From contig OZ024743.1 of NCBI GenBank assembly GCA_964016885.1, positions 23,622,001-23,686,000 on the forward strand: DNA of 64,000 nt, written 5' to 3'. This DNA is from Eledone cirrhosa (taxonomy: Eukaryota). Numbering within the stretch: the first letter of the stretch is position 1; each line of letters begins with the position of its first letter. A program made the position numbers and the translations under genes. Below, piece after piece: positions 25,030 to 40,416 of this stretch. The notes under the pieces are model-generated. The model made no database searches and was not told the origin of the DNA. It saw only the letters and a program-made list of their open reading frames with translations.

Positions 25030-25503
25030 ATTACAGCCATCACTCACAATTAAGTATGACTTGAGAGTATGTACTATGCTTTTCCTAAATATTTTAGGTG
25101 CCCATTCAGTCATGAACAGATGCCCTTTCAACCCTCTCTCCTTTGATCCTGGAAAGAGAGAGAGCTGCACCAGCATTAGGCTGGAATTTCTTTATCAACC
25201 CCAAACGGACAAAAGGAAAAGTGAACCTCAAAAGGGTTTCAGCTCAGAATGTTAGAGACCCAGACAAATATCTAACAACCCTACTAAATTGTAGGGTTAA
25301 ATGTAGTAAACTGGCAGTCATTAGAGTGCAGGACAAAATGCCTTGTGGTGTTTATTCTGGTTCTTTACAATATGAGTTCAAATCCCATTGAGGTTGAGTT
25401 AGTCTTTCATCCTTATAATAAAGTACCAGATTAGGGTTGTGGAATTGTTAGAACAATGAACAAGATGCCTTTCAGTATTTGTTCCAGCCTTTGGTAGGGT
25501 TAA

Positions 25504-25749
25504 CCCTCTTAATACCAACTGACCCAAAACCATCTCTGTTTCCATAAAACGACAAATCCTCTCACTTTAAATGTTTCCTACTTAAATTAATGTTTTCCAA
25601 CATAATTTTATATAAAAACCTTTTTGTTCAGTTATATTACAAATGACATCGAAATAATGAAATAATCAATAATTTAGTAAACTCCTTCAAATTCTTCATT
25701 AATTAATTAAAATGGAATGTATTTCATTAGAAATGTGGGAACAAAAGGG
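25504..25749. mobile_element. piggyBac-like MITE
   Basis: TTAA-ccct...aggg-TTAA (25500-25503 and 25750-25753); related 5' ends at ~26164 and ~8870. Confidence 0.65.
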
Positions 25750-26532
25750 TTAATCAGTTACCTGATTAAACACAACCATCTGGCCCTAGGGTGCCTTTTG
25801 TGGAGCTCACTATTTTGCAAGTATTTGGGCCAGGGTTTTCAGTTTAAGGGTAACTGCCTTTCTTCCTTCCACCAATCCTGGAGACCCTGAAAAAATAAAG
25901 GGTCATGGGTGCTGCCCTCCACCCAATACTCCTGACTAAACAATAAAAAAAGTCATTCTGGTCATAAGCCTTTGTCCCACCTTTTGTCAGACAGGGTGGT
26001 CACACTTGGAATGCCTTTGATCATAGATCTGCTCAATCAAGTTTTAATTACCTAATTAACTAAATTATAAAATAATGATAAATCTGAAAAATTATGTACA
26101 TAAGTTAATTGAGAAAAGAAGTAGCTACATACAAAAGGTCATCAAAGGAATGCTGATAACTGTTTAACCCTTTTGACACTAAACCACCTGAAACCACTCC
26201 CGGCTCAATGATAAAACTGTTTGTTTTAACATGCTTATTTTAATCTGAAATCTTTCCATCATAATTTTATGTAATAAACATTATATTCCAAACACCAACT
26301 AAATAAAGAAAAAGTCAGACCTACCAATCTCTAAAAACCCAAACAGGGAGTACCATGAAAAAAAGTGCCCCAAAAGGGGAGAAATGGGGCAAAATGGAGA
26401 GATTTTACAGAATGAAAGCTATACCTATTTTCACAAAAGAACACATCTCTCACCCACCCCAAAGTGGTTGGGTGATCTCCCTTGCCAGATGGAGAGAGTT
26501 GACATGTCTGGAAAGTTTGTAATATTATTTAA

Positions 26533-26712
26533 TGGATTGGCAGTATCGGTAGAGGGTCGGACGCCATGCTTTCCAGCATAGTTATGTCCCTTTACGATCT
26601 GAGTTCAAATCCCGCCGAGGTTGACTTTGCCTTTCATCCTTACGGGGTCGATAAAATAAAGTACCAGTAATGCACTGGGTAATTGCTGGCCTTGTGCCTA
26701 AAGTAGAAACAA
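26533..26712 (+). mobile_element. SINE family A copy
   Basis: ggattggcagtatcggtagag...gagttcaaatcccgccgagg...gtgcctaaagtagaaacaa; aatattatttaat on both sides. Confidence 0.88.
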
Positions 26713-27562
26713 ATATTATTTAATCTTTCCAAACTTTTTATCATTTTCAGAATTATTTGTAAACCAGAATGGCATAAGATTTGAATATGGAACAATGGAA
26801 AACTCTTTTGCCTGATCATCTGTTTTTCTTCTTTTCATTTGCTAGCTAAAATATAAAAGTGTTTCAAAGTAACACCTTTAAAATTATATTTAGTTAATTT
26901 CATCAATAAAATTCCTTTAAAATTGAGCATTACATTTGGAATGTTCTGTAGTCAACTCAACTGTTCATACTCTGATATAACTGTCAAGTATTTCCTGCTA
27001 AAGAGCTAAGAGGAGTATTCATAGTAGCCATTACAGATTATAATTATTCTGACATTTTCTACAAAGTTAGTTGTTGGAAATGGGTGGCCACAGTATATAT
27101 GAAATATACCCACATTTTGATATAGCTCTTAGAGGAAAATATAACTCACATCATCTTCACCATCACCATTTAATGTCTATTTTCTATGCTCGAATGGGTC
27201 GGACATGCTGAGGCCAAATTAGTCATGTGATAATGTCTTGCTCATATGATATGTTTTGGGCTTGGTTTCTACTATTGGATGCTCTTCCTAATGCTAACCA
27301 CATTACAGCATGTGCTGGGAACATTTTATGATGTCTGTAGCACTCCTAACTGACAGTGTACTGAATGCTTTATAACATGACAGCAGCCATACCACATTAC
27401 AGGGTTGACTGGGTACTTTTTATCATAGCACCAGCATTATCACCATTCAAAGTGGGCTGGATGTTTCTTTTATTGTGGCAACCACCTTACAGATTTGGCT
27501 GGGTGTATTTTAGCAGGGCACCAGAATGATATGAAGTCAAAAAGATAGATACAGAGGAAGGA

Positions 27563-27639
<77 letters not shown>

Positions 27640-28389
27640 AGAAGAGAGAGAGAAAGCAAAGAGGAGAAGTAGAATGAAGGATGAATTCCTTAATTTGTTG
27701 CACTATAGTGTTTAATGGCATTACTTTCTTGAACTGAGACATTTATGGTATTTTTTCTCTTCATTCAAGCCTTATTCTCTTAGGTCAAAGTCTCAGCCAC
27801 ATTTACCATGTGTATATCTATTAAGATGCCAGGGTTATTAGAAGGTCAGATAGAATGCTTTGCAGTATTCATTCCAGTTCTCTGTGCTCTGAGTTCAAAT
27901 CCTGACAAGGTCAACTTTGCTTTCCATCCTGTCGAGGTTGATAAAAAACGTACCAGGCTACTACTAGAATTGAGTCTTCATCTATATTTATTCCCCATTT
28001 CCTCTCTCTCTCCTTCTCTGGAAGGAATCTGCTGTGTTCCAGCTTGGAGAATGGGCTTTACCAGGTTTTAAATGCCCAAGAAATGCCATATGTCACAACA
28101 GTACTTCTATGAATCCATTAGGAGTTATGAGTATATGCATACATATATGATGGCTGCATCTTGATTTTGAGAATTGCCATCACTTGATCCTTTTCTCAAC
28201 CATGGGCAGCACAAACAAGACTTTTTTGCCCTGCAGTGAAAGAAAAATAAGAATACATATATAGATATATATCTATTGAGATGAATGAAATATACAATTG
28301 TTTAATCCTATACTCCTGGTCTTTGTTTTTACAACAGAATACATGGTGACCACTATCACACATTCTGAACATACTACTTAAACAAACAT

Positions 28390-28575
28390 TGACTTCTAAT
28401 TTAGGCACAAGACCAGCAAAGATGATTAAATCAACCCCAGTAATTGACAAGTACTTTATTTTATCAACACCAGATGGATGAAAGGAAAAGTTGATCTAGG
28501 TGGGATTTGAACTCAGAATATAAAGGTCCAGAACAAATACAGCAATGGCTTTTTATCCAACACTCTACCAATCCT
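28390..28575 (-). mobile_element. SINE family A (older copy)
   Basis: ggatgaaaggaaaagttgatc...gggatttgaactcag. Other old or partial copies at ~12424-12570, 14030-14103, 25300-25410, 27840-27960, 33060-33150 and 63320-63475. Confidence 0.7.
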
Positions 28576-28675
28576 TCACACTTTACTTAAACAAATATTA
28601 AACCTCACGAATAGAAAGGATCCCTTCTGGCTAATGCATGCCATCAACATAGCAGACTGAATCTCATAGACTGGC

Positions 28676-28727
<52 letters not shown>

Positions 28728-29079
28728 CTAATGATTGACTGCGAATATATATGAATTGTACACCAAGAGTTAGGAAAGTTAGGTGTTCATGCACCAGTTA
28801 AGCGTTAGTGGGTTAAAGCCGAATGGTAAGTAGGTGTGAGAAGGGGTGGGGGTGATTAGACAATGTGTAGATATTATGTGGCTGAGATGGAGTAAACGTG
28901 AAAAGCAAAAACTGTAACAGTTTTCAAATGCTAGAAAAAAAACCGAAGGACGCAGTTTCGGAGTAAAACCTGAGGTTCTACAGAAACCAATTCATAGAGT
29001 ATTTCAAACTAAACATGTAAACTTTGCTTGAAATGAGATTAACTTAGCCGTTCTCCTGTTATGTATGACGTTGTTGGAC

Positions 29080-29320
29080 CCCCGTCACTTCCGACGACGA
29101 GTGCGTCAGTTGTTTGAACAACGGAACTGCTTGCTTGTGAAATTAACGTGTAACTGGCTGAGCATTCCACAGATAAGTGTACTCTTAACGCAGTTGGCAT
29201 GATACAATTCTGACAAGATTGGCCCTTTGAATTACATTTTTGCCAGTTTGGGCAACGTAAAAATCAAGGACAAAACGCGCTGCCGGGAATCGAATTCACG
29301 ACCTTACGATCGTGAGCCAG
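29080..29320 (-). mobile_element. SINE family C (tRNA/CORE-like head as in family B, different 3' half)
   Basis: gggaatcgaattcacgaccttacgatcg is the reverse of a B-box head like family B; the left part matches 12005-12160. Confidence 0.6.
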
Positions 29321-30399
29321 GCTTTTTTTTATGTATGACACGTACTCTCAAATCGGTATCTTTCAGAAATTATCCTTCACTGACATTCTTCGTTCTTATT
29401 CGCGTTAATTACATCCAATGTTTGATGTCATGTTACAGGCAAACTTTAAAACTGTTAAGTGACGTTTGAAGTCACTTCATTAGAAACTTGCTTTCTTTTA
29501 TAACCTGTTGAGAGTTTGGTGAATCAATTTAGAGACTGTTTAGGATATAAATAAAGCTATTCCAAGTGAAAAGCCATAGATGTCGCATTATTTGAATAAC
29601 ACAAAAAAGGGTAAATTATTTAAAACAGTGGAAACAAATGTATAACTTTTCCTTATGGTTTTATTTCAGTTCAAACGCAACATGTCCAAAATATTATAAA
29701 ATAAATAAATAAAAAGTGAAGAATTTGATAAGACTAAAACGGTTTAATACTGAAATGTTTAATGTAAGTAGGCTTATTTATATCAGATTATGCAGCTTAT
29801 AAATATTTTAAGTTTTGGTTTAAAACAGACATAAGTCTGTACAAAGTTTTTCGATTGAGTTAATGACTCAGACCGCAAATTTCTGGTTCGAGGTTGGTAG
29901 TCGCATGAGGTCATTGAATAAGAATAAAAATAAAAAAATAAATAAATACACAATTTACAAATAGTCAACTAACTGACCCCTTATTTTTTTTTCAGATATC
30001 TGTAAATTCACTTTCTCCTCACCCTTCCTTTTATCTCACATAAGAGTTGGCTAACAGGATCACTTCATGTATAACCAAGAAATATCAATGTGAGGAAGAT
30101 AATGACATATCTGACTGTTTGGAAAAGTAAAAAATAACATAAGAAGCAAAACATCGATTATAAGTAAACTAGGAGAGAGAAAAGAAATAAAAATGTGAGA
30201 GGGGTCGATGAGGGCTTAGAAAATTTCAAATCCCCTACTTAAAAGAAGGATGAGACGACAAAATAAGGCTATTGAGAGAGAAAGCGAGAGTGTGGGGGTG
30301 CAGAGAACTGGAGAATTCTGAATGGCCAAAAAGAGAGAAAGAGAATGCTATCAGCAAAGAATGTAAGAGTAAGAAATTATTAAAAAGAAAGCCGTCAGG

Positions 30400-30881
30400 A
30401 AAGATTGGAAGCGGTAGAGATAGTGAGAGGAATGTAAAAAAAAATAAAAGACAAGAGTGTGTATGGTAGAAAAAGGAAAGAATAGACGAGAGTGGTGAAG
30501 AAAGAGGGAAAGGGAGAGCGAGAGAACTGGAAAGTGGGAGAGAGGAGAAAGAGAGAGAAAATGCCGACTATTTTGTTAGCGAGAAGCAGCACATGTTTAT
30601 TCTGAGAACTATCACCTCAACGGTTGTTGTGTAGGGCAAAACTTTCTTCTATCTCGCATTCATACAACCGCTAGTAGAGGCAGCAGCAGGAACAACAATA
30701 ACAGCAATAGTGGTTGGAGGCAAGCACGGGGGAAAAAGTAGCGATTTTTTTCCTCCTCCCCTTAACACTCCATACAACAGCTTCCCCACACTGCAGCTCA
30801 GCCCTGCACCCTCTTAAAGAATAGTTTGTTACTCCTGCCGGTCGGGCGTCACACACAATCGGCCAAGTTGTTACCCACGGT
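30400..30881 (+). promoter_or_regulatory. Putative VGLL4 promoter / 5' UTR
   Basis: Repeat-free, CpG-retaining stretch with GA-rich upstream sequence directly 5' of the ATG. The TSS cannot be determined from sequence. Confidence 0.4.
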
Positions 30882-30936
30882 ATGGAAACTCCTCTGGATG
30901 TTTTGTCACGGGCTGCCTCGCTTGTCGAAACTAATC
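30882..30936 (+). CDS. VGLL4: First coding exon of transcription cofactor vestigial-like 4 (VGLL4/Tgi), phase-1 intron follows
   Basis: ATG GAA ACT CCT CTG GAT GTT TTG TCA CGG GCT GCC TCG CTT GTC GAA ACT AAT C|GTAAGT = METPLDVLSRAASLVETN. As I recall it, vertebrate VGLL4 begins METPLDVLSRAASLVHAD (15 identical residues). Good Kozak context (G at +4) and consensus donor at 30937. Confidence 0.88.
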
Positions 30937-31475
30937 GTAAGTACTTATTTCAATGTTGACACGATTACACAGTACTTTGAATGTTGATATCTATTATAAA
31001 CTAATTCAATACTATTCATATGACATTACATGTACAGTAAACTGATTGCACTCTTTTGACCAACAAATCATAACAAGTATACTTTTCTCATATTAAATTT
31101 GTGTTGAATGTTTTTAAAGCTGCCCCACCGCTAGTGTTTCATTGAAAAATTCGTTTTAAAAAGACAACGAACAACATCGTATTTTAAAATTCGCCAGTTT
31201 GTTTAACTGATGTTTACGGCGAGATGTAACATATATACATTATACACACATCTTGGTTGTCACTAAATCTTATATATATTTGACGAAGCGGGAATAACTA
31301 GAGTTAAGGGTTTTTTTTTCGAGATTGTTACTGTTTAATTGAGTTTAATGTCTATCATAAAACTAATATAAATCGCACGTGTCATTTACCAAATATTTTT
31401 CAGTATTAATATAATTTAAAATATTCTTTCTCCCTCTCTTTCACACTCACACACCCATATATATATATATATATA

Positions 31476-31840
31476 ACCAAAGATTAATATGGTTCATTGA
31501 TTACTCAATGAATATAGTTTTACAATAGATTAAAAGCACTCTACAACAAGTTTTCTGGAGTTAGTAATATTATTCAAAATATTAATAAATGAATACGTTT
31601 ACATAATCAAAATATATGTTTTATATATATTTCGAAGGTACTGAGCTGTTTTTTCAGTACGTCCTCATCAGATAAAATATATGAATTGATGTATGAGTTG
31701 AGGTATGTCATACATCAATTCATATATTTTATCTGATGAGGATGTACTGAAAAAACAGCACAGTACCTCCAAAATATATATAATAAAACATATATTTTGA
31801 TTATGTGAACGTATTCATTTATTAATATTTTGAATAATAT
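31476..31840. mobile_element. Palindromic non-coding element with a hammerhead motif in each arm, flanked by (TA)n
   Basis: Arms 31567-31696 and 31708-31840 (~130 bp, few mismatches) around an 11-nt spacer; CTGATGA at 31733 (+) and its complement tcatcag at ~31665-31671. Confidence 0.75.
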
Positions 31841-34800
31841 ATATATATATATATGGTGTTTTTAATTTAACTATCTCTTTCCGTTGTATTTACGTAACTC
31901 ATCCATTCTTCCAGTCCAAGTCATCAAATAGTTTTGTATGTTCACATTCCGCGGTGTACACAATAATAGAGATATGTTTACTTCCGCTTCTTGTGTTCAT
32001 TTTCTTTTTTCTTTCTTTCCTTGAATTCTTGGTTTTGGTGCTAGCTAGTTTTTAAAAACTGTTTAAATAAATATAACACACGTGTTATAATATTTGTGCA
32101 TTTTTTTTTAAACGTACAATTTTATAGCATGTGGTTATGTTTCACTCCTCTCTCTCCTCTTCTAACATACAAACATCGTTTTATTTATTTTTTTACTAAC
32201 ACACAAACTTTAATTATAGGCATTTTAATCATCTTTGAGTAATAAAAATAGGAAAAATCCTCGCTTTACATACACAAACTAATGTTAAATTTACATACAC
32301 ATAACTTTCTAACAATTTCTCAATATTATTTTCGTCATTTAAACTTTGTTTATCTCTATTAAGTATTTATTTTAATGTAGAGGTTGTAATGAACTCTTTT
32401 ACAACTTGTTTCGCTCCAAATCAGTCATGACAAAGTGAACCTCTAATCAAAAGCATTCCAGACATGACCATCCCGATCATATTTTGGGTCATAGTACATC
32501 TAAAACAATGTTATCTAGTGTATCCTTCCTTTTTTAGGGTGTGATTGTATGAGGTTTGGCTATTTTAATATTGACAATAGATGGTAGTAGCAATAAAGTT
32601 AGGGAGACTTTTTTTCATCGTTTCACCCTGTCTATATTATCACCACTTTTCTTCCGCTCCCCCTCACGTCACTTTCTCATATATTTAGGGTTCTTCCAAC
32701 GCCACTGTCTTCACCTGTATATTACTAAGGCCACACTACCACTCGCCAACATCTTTATATAACGGCTTTATCGTCGCCACCGTCATCACCTGTATCTTAG
32801 CGAGTCGATCACCACCACCACATGACCCATTCTCTATATTCTGCCTCACTCCAAGCTGCTGCTCTTACATTCCTGTCATTACTCTGATTCCTCTGACTAT
32901 ACTAACATCGTTTTGTGTCGCTAACTTTTTCGAATCGATTTACATCCCTTGCTTTCCATTTCTCTCTCACTCTACTGCTTTCTGTTTGTTTTGTCTTATA
33001 GGATTTTAATTCTTTATTTTTTCTTTCGTTACTTTTCAAACCCACAGACGTCTCACTTAAGGGGTCGATTAAATAAAGCAATAGTTATACACTGGTGTTG
33101 ATTTAATCGACCCTCCCTCCAAATGCTGGCCTTGTGCCTAAATCAGAAACTATTATTATCATTATTGTTATTAAGCATACGAGAACGAAGTTTCATTTTG
33201 AATATTTTTATTCTGTAACATTGAGTGTTCATATTGGTGCCACTTAAAGTAATGTAAGTGTGTGTCAAGCGAATGAAATTTTAGAATTTTCGGACTGAGC
33301 CCTTCATCTAAGAATGATATACATACATTCTCTATTCACTGATCCCACCCGAAGTCAACATGGTCGCTCAACCTACTAGAAATAGCAGCCAAATCATACT
33401 CTGTTATCTTAGAAAAGGGAATAGACCCATTAGATTATGTGATCCTAGACACTAAAAATTCCGGGATGGTCACTGCTGGAATATTTTTGTTTATAAGTCT
33501 GTTCAACTCAGATTGACCTGAAGCTAAACAACAACTCGCATTAGGATATGAGCCAATGCGAAGGTTTGACACGTTCACTCGACCTGCTTGTAATAATAAC
33601 TGAATCTCCATTAAATCACGCCCAGTGTTTAATGCGGACACAGATATTCGAAATAGACACCTTTAAAACGACGTTGGCTGTGGCTGGGATGTATTCCATT
33701 ATAGGTCTGTTCGATTAGGGCTAACCTAGGGCTAAACAAAATAACTATCGCTGCTGGTATTTAAACTGGGAATATGAGATGGCCGTATGTACTATGTTGA
33801 CAAATCATTTAATTTCCTTACATAAGGCTCAAGGTCTCCCATTTAAACGGAAGGAAATGGGAATGTGTGATGCTCATTCACAAATTTACCCTTTGTGACA
33901 CCTTCACTCGTATAGAGAAAACAACTAACAACACCTACTTTTCCGTACTTTAGGTCTAGCACGTACCCCCCATCCCCCCCTCTCTATGTTTGTCAAACAC
34001 TTGTCCCACTATATGTATTTTCCTCTCTCTCTCTACATATCGAACATATTTTGAGATTTAATATTTCGTTGTTTTCCTGAAGTTTGTTGAAGTATTCTGT
34101 ACTTGGTTCATACTTACATATCTAACATCCACACACGTGTGTGTGTGTGTGTGTGTTTAAGGCTAAAACATTAGCGACATTCCCACAGAAAAAATGATTT
34201 ATACGAAGTTTCGCTAACTCGTCTTGTCAAACTGTTTGACGGCCAGCCGAAACTTCGAAGTCACAAACGTATCTTGTTTTAATAATTTTACATGCACATG
34301 TATACATACACATACACGTGCGCGCGCGCGTGTGAACAAAAGTTTGAGGTGAGAATGCTCGAGATGAGCGCTTTGCATGAAACAGCTGGTGTGTCGCAAT
34401 CTGAAAAAGGCGATTAAAAAAAAATCTTTAATCAACTGAATCTCTATACTCGTAGTTTTACGACCGAAACTTCCTTTAAAGATGATAATAACGAAATAAG
34501 GGGGAAAAAAACTCTTAAATCCTCAGCTGATCCAAGTTTCTTTTTTTTTTTTTTTTTTAAATAATTTAGGAAAGATAATGCAGTGAAAGTGGACCTGAGC
34601 CACCTTGGTGAAAGCAATAGACATGTTTCGATCTTAATTGATCTCCTCAGGGTAGCATATTCACTTAGACTAGAATGATCAAACATAGACTTAGGGAAGG
34701 CAAAATAACTTATATGCTGAATATGTATGTAAAAAAAGGGTAGTCTCTCAGAAACTTTTTTTCCACTTGCCATATTCAAATGCGAAACTGTATGTTTGTA

Positions 34801-35089
34801 TGTGACAAGTATATTTTACCAAATCCTTGTCAGAGTTAACAGAACCTAGTCAGCTAGATTGTACCAGTAATTAAAAGGACCAGATTTGTCAAATGCTATA
34901 TCACACTGTTTCCGTATAAGAATTTATGTTAAGGGTACATGTGTTTGTAAAATACTCAGTCACTTAATCCAGTGAGTAGGCAGTTTAATTGATCGAATAA
35001 CTGAAATATTCATCGTTGAAACCGACGGATGATCCATTCACACGTGTGTATGTGTCAATAAAATAAACCTAACTCATGCAGTAAACTAG

Positions 35090-35330
35090 TAGTGTTGGTA
35101 CCACGATAAAAAGCACTGTCCACCCTGTCTGGTTGTAGTGGTGGTACCACAATAAAACACTTGGTACACGCCGTGAAGTGGTTGACGTTAGGAAAGGTAT
35201 CTAGCCGTAGAAACCATGCCAAAAATGTAACTTATGCAGTCATCTGACCTGTCTGGCCTCAGAACGTGACAACCCGTTTAAACCATGCAAGCATGGAAAA
35301 TAGACGTGAAACAGTGATGATGATAATGAT
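35090..35330 (+). mobile_element. Old SINE-like copy with RTE-type (GAT)n tail
   Basis: gttaggaaaggtatctagccgtagaaacc...ccatgcaagcatggaaaatagacgtgaaa..gatgatg. Similar remnants at ~8190-8400, 9262-9410, 17170-17560 and 27160-27320. Confidence 0.6.
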
Positions 35331-36387
35331 GTGTGTGAGTGTGTGTGTGTGAGAGAGAGAGAAGGTGAATGTGATTATTTCCCTTACTGCAGTTTTCAAA
35401 AGTTACTTCAGTAGATTTTCTTTGTTTACACTATCGTACACACACTCATACATATAGCACACATACTTGTAATGAGAAGCATATTGTGTGTGTGCACATG
35501 AGCAATGCAAAAAATGTTAGGTTCTGTTTATATATAGTTTTTTTTTTTGCTGTGCATGTCTCTTTTGCTACAAACTCTAAACTCTTTCTCTGACTTTCTC
35601 TCATTCCCTCTTTATATATATATATAAATATATATATATATATCAACTTTAATGTAAACAGTGAGGTTATATGATGTGGAAATTCTTGACATATTTCTTA
35701 CTTCAGTTCATGAAAGTACGTCACCACCACCTCAACTGATATTACTTTTCTTTTGTTAAATGGCATATTTCCATAACATTCATTAAAATACTTATAAATT
35801 TGAATTTAGACGAGACGCTACTTATAACTAGTAAAGTTGTCAGTTTTGTTTCGAAGGACATTTTAATGATTTACTGAACAAAAGGGTGACAAAACAAATA
35901 TCACGTCTATTGTTGTTTAGTGACCACCTAAAGGCTTATTGTTGTTAAGCTCTAGGTCATCCCGAACCGTAAAAAAAAGTATTGATCAAAGGGCGTTTAG
36001 CAGTGATCATCCTCTCTCTCCACTCCCTCGTATGTTTATAATCTAATATATGCTTTTTTAAAGGCTGCAAGGGTGTGATTTGAGAGCGATTTAGCTGTTA
36101 CTTCTAGCATTAACAACTATTTGGAGCCTCTATTATTAGTTTGTTGTTTAAGTCTATCCCCCAGGTCAGCACTGTTTTGACCATCCCGTTTTATCCAATG
36201 TGTCCTTAACTTAATTTTATAGGACATTATAATTGAAGATTTGGCTGCTATTTAATAGAAAATATCTAAAATCTAGTTTATTCAAATATTTATAGTGTCT
36301 TTACAAGTGGACAGATCGTTGTGAAAATTCGCAACATTAGAGGAAAGACTTAAATTTTAAATGTAATATAATCAGTATTATTTTGTA

Positions 36388-36722
36388 CCCTCGGGTCTCG
36401 AATAATGACCCCCCCCCACTTTTTTTGATCCACCTACCCCCTGCTCATATTAAACCCACACCCGCTTATACCCGCGAAATATTATTCGCATTGCTGCGAT
36501 AACTAATTTTCTTTGGACATTAAAAAACATACATGACAAAAAAAGTACATTACTGGTACATACGTTATAAAACAAATAGGATGGGTTAGGGGTCTCACTA
36601 TGTAAACTAAACGACTAATTCTGTTTTTTTTTAAATCAAAGGAGACAACCTAGAAAAATTACCGACTCCCTCTCTCCCACACTCCTTATTCCACTCCCTA
36701 CCTATTATTTGGGACCCGAGAG
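36388..36722. mobile_element. Unclassified MITE with TA flanks
   Basis: TA-ccctcgggtctcgaataat ... attatttgggacccgagag-TA (about 19-bp imperfect TIR). Confidence 0.65.
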
Positions 36723-37212
36723 TACTTTTCAAGAATGTCTTGTCAATACGGATTCATGTGGTACAAGACGTTAAGTGTTAAGGAAGAGCCTTCTCGTGAT
36801 TCTTGAGCCCGCAAATGCGTTGTTAGCCCCTTCTAAGTTATTGAGGTCTCAGTCCAAAAAAGCAGTTTCCAAATACTTTTTTGAAACTGTTTCAATTATT
36901 TTCTCTTGCTTATTCTGCTGGAAAGTATATATAAATGTCACAAATGTCTAAATAAAAAAAAGTATCGATGTTATTTTTATGTTCACAAAGTGGTATAAAT
37001 TGGTTTGCTGTGAAGAAGTGAAGTCTAACTTTTCGGACTTGACATTTCATCGAAGGGATTAAATGTTTGTTTTTGTTTATTACAAATTACGATTTTTAAA
37101 CAGTACATCTACGAAAGAATGAACGATATACTATCCAAATTCATCTTTTGTGTAACAATCAAGAAATCGGTGATCTTTGAGTGCATATATACTAGCAGTG
37201 TATACTGATTAA

Positions 37213-37397
37213 TTGTTTCTACTTTTGGCACAAGGCCAGCAATTACTGAGTACATTACTGCTACTTTATTTTATCGACCCCGTAAGGATGAAAGGCAAAT
37301 TTAATCTCGACGGGATTTGAACTCAGACCGTAAAGGGACGTAACTCTATGCGTCAAACCATGGCGTCCGGCCCTCTAACGAGACCCTCCAATCCACC
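37213..37397 (-). mobile_element. SINE family A with 15-16-bp TSD
   Basis: gtgtatactgattaa at 37198-37212 and 37398-37412. Confidence 0.9.
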
Positions 37398-37429
37398 GTG
37401 TATACTGATTAATGTTCAGAAATCAATAT

Positions 37430-37700
37430 ACACTGAGGATGAAAAACTCAGAGCTGTATGGGAGCCTCCCAAAAGTCAGCTGAAAAGTGACACAGGAGAC
37501 TGAGGTTAGCTGGACATGCAGAGTTGACATTGCACTCAGTGCTCCTGTGGGAGCCCCTACATGGACACACTGGAAGAGGAAGACCAAGTTTAACTTATGT
37601 TGCTGCCCTAAGGACAGACACTGGTCTGTTGGAGACGCAGGACATGGTAGCGATAATGAGGGACAGAGAACTCGTCCATGGATTTCGGGAATTTTACCCG
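37430..37700 (+). mobile_element. Degenerate RTE-like LINE 3' end (another family)
   Basis: ELYGSLPKVS..RLAGH..VLLWEPLHGHTGRGRPSLTYV..LRTDTGL..MRDRE. Confidence 0.6.
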
Positions 37701-37924
37701 CCCTAGAATATACTAGCAAAAATTTAAGAAAGTGAAAGTGGCACGCTATACTCTAAGATCGCCAAGAAAATTTGCGTTGAATACTGATGACGGGGCAATT
37801 TGACAGCAATATTTTTCACAGCTGGTTTGAACCTATCATGCTATATAATCTCACACATGTGTACATGTACGTGTGCGTCTTCAGTTTGTGTGTGAATTTT
37901 TTTATCTGGATATGAAAATCTATG

Positions 37925-40416
<2,492 letters not shown>

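Noticed and set aside
30425-30440. TEAD (GGAATG) site upstream of VGLL4 suggesting feedback
   Set aside because: A single 6-mer is expected by chance; there is no conservation evidence available.
33285-33315. Minus-strand hammerhead-like tagatgaagggctcagtccgaaa (and a similar one at ~37030-37058)
   Set aside because: The CUGA core is broken and there is no stem I/III; at best an ancient PLE remnant.
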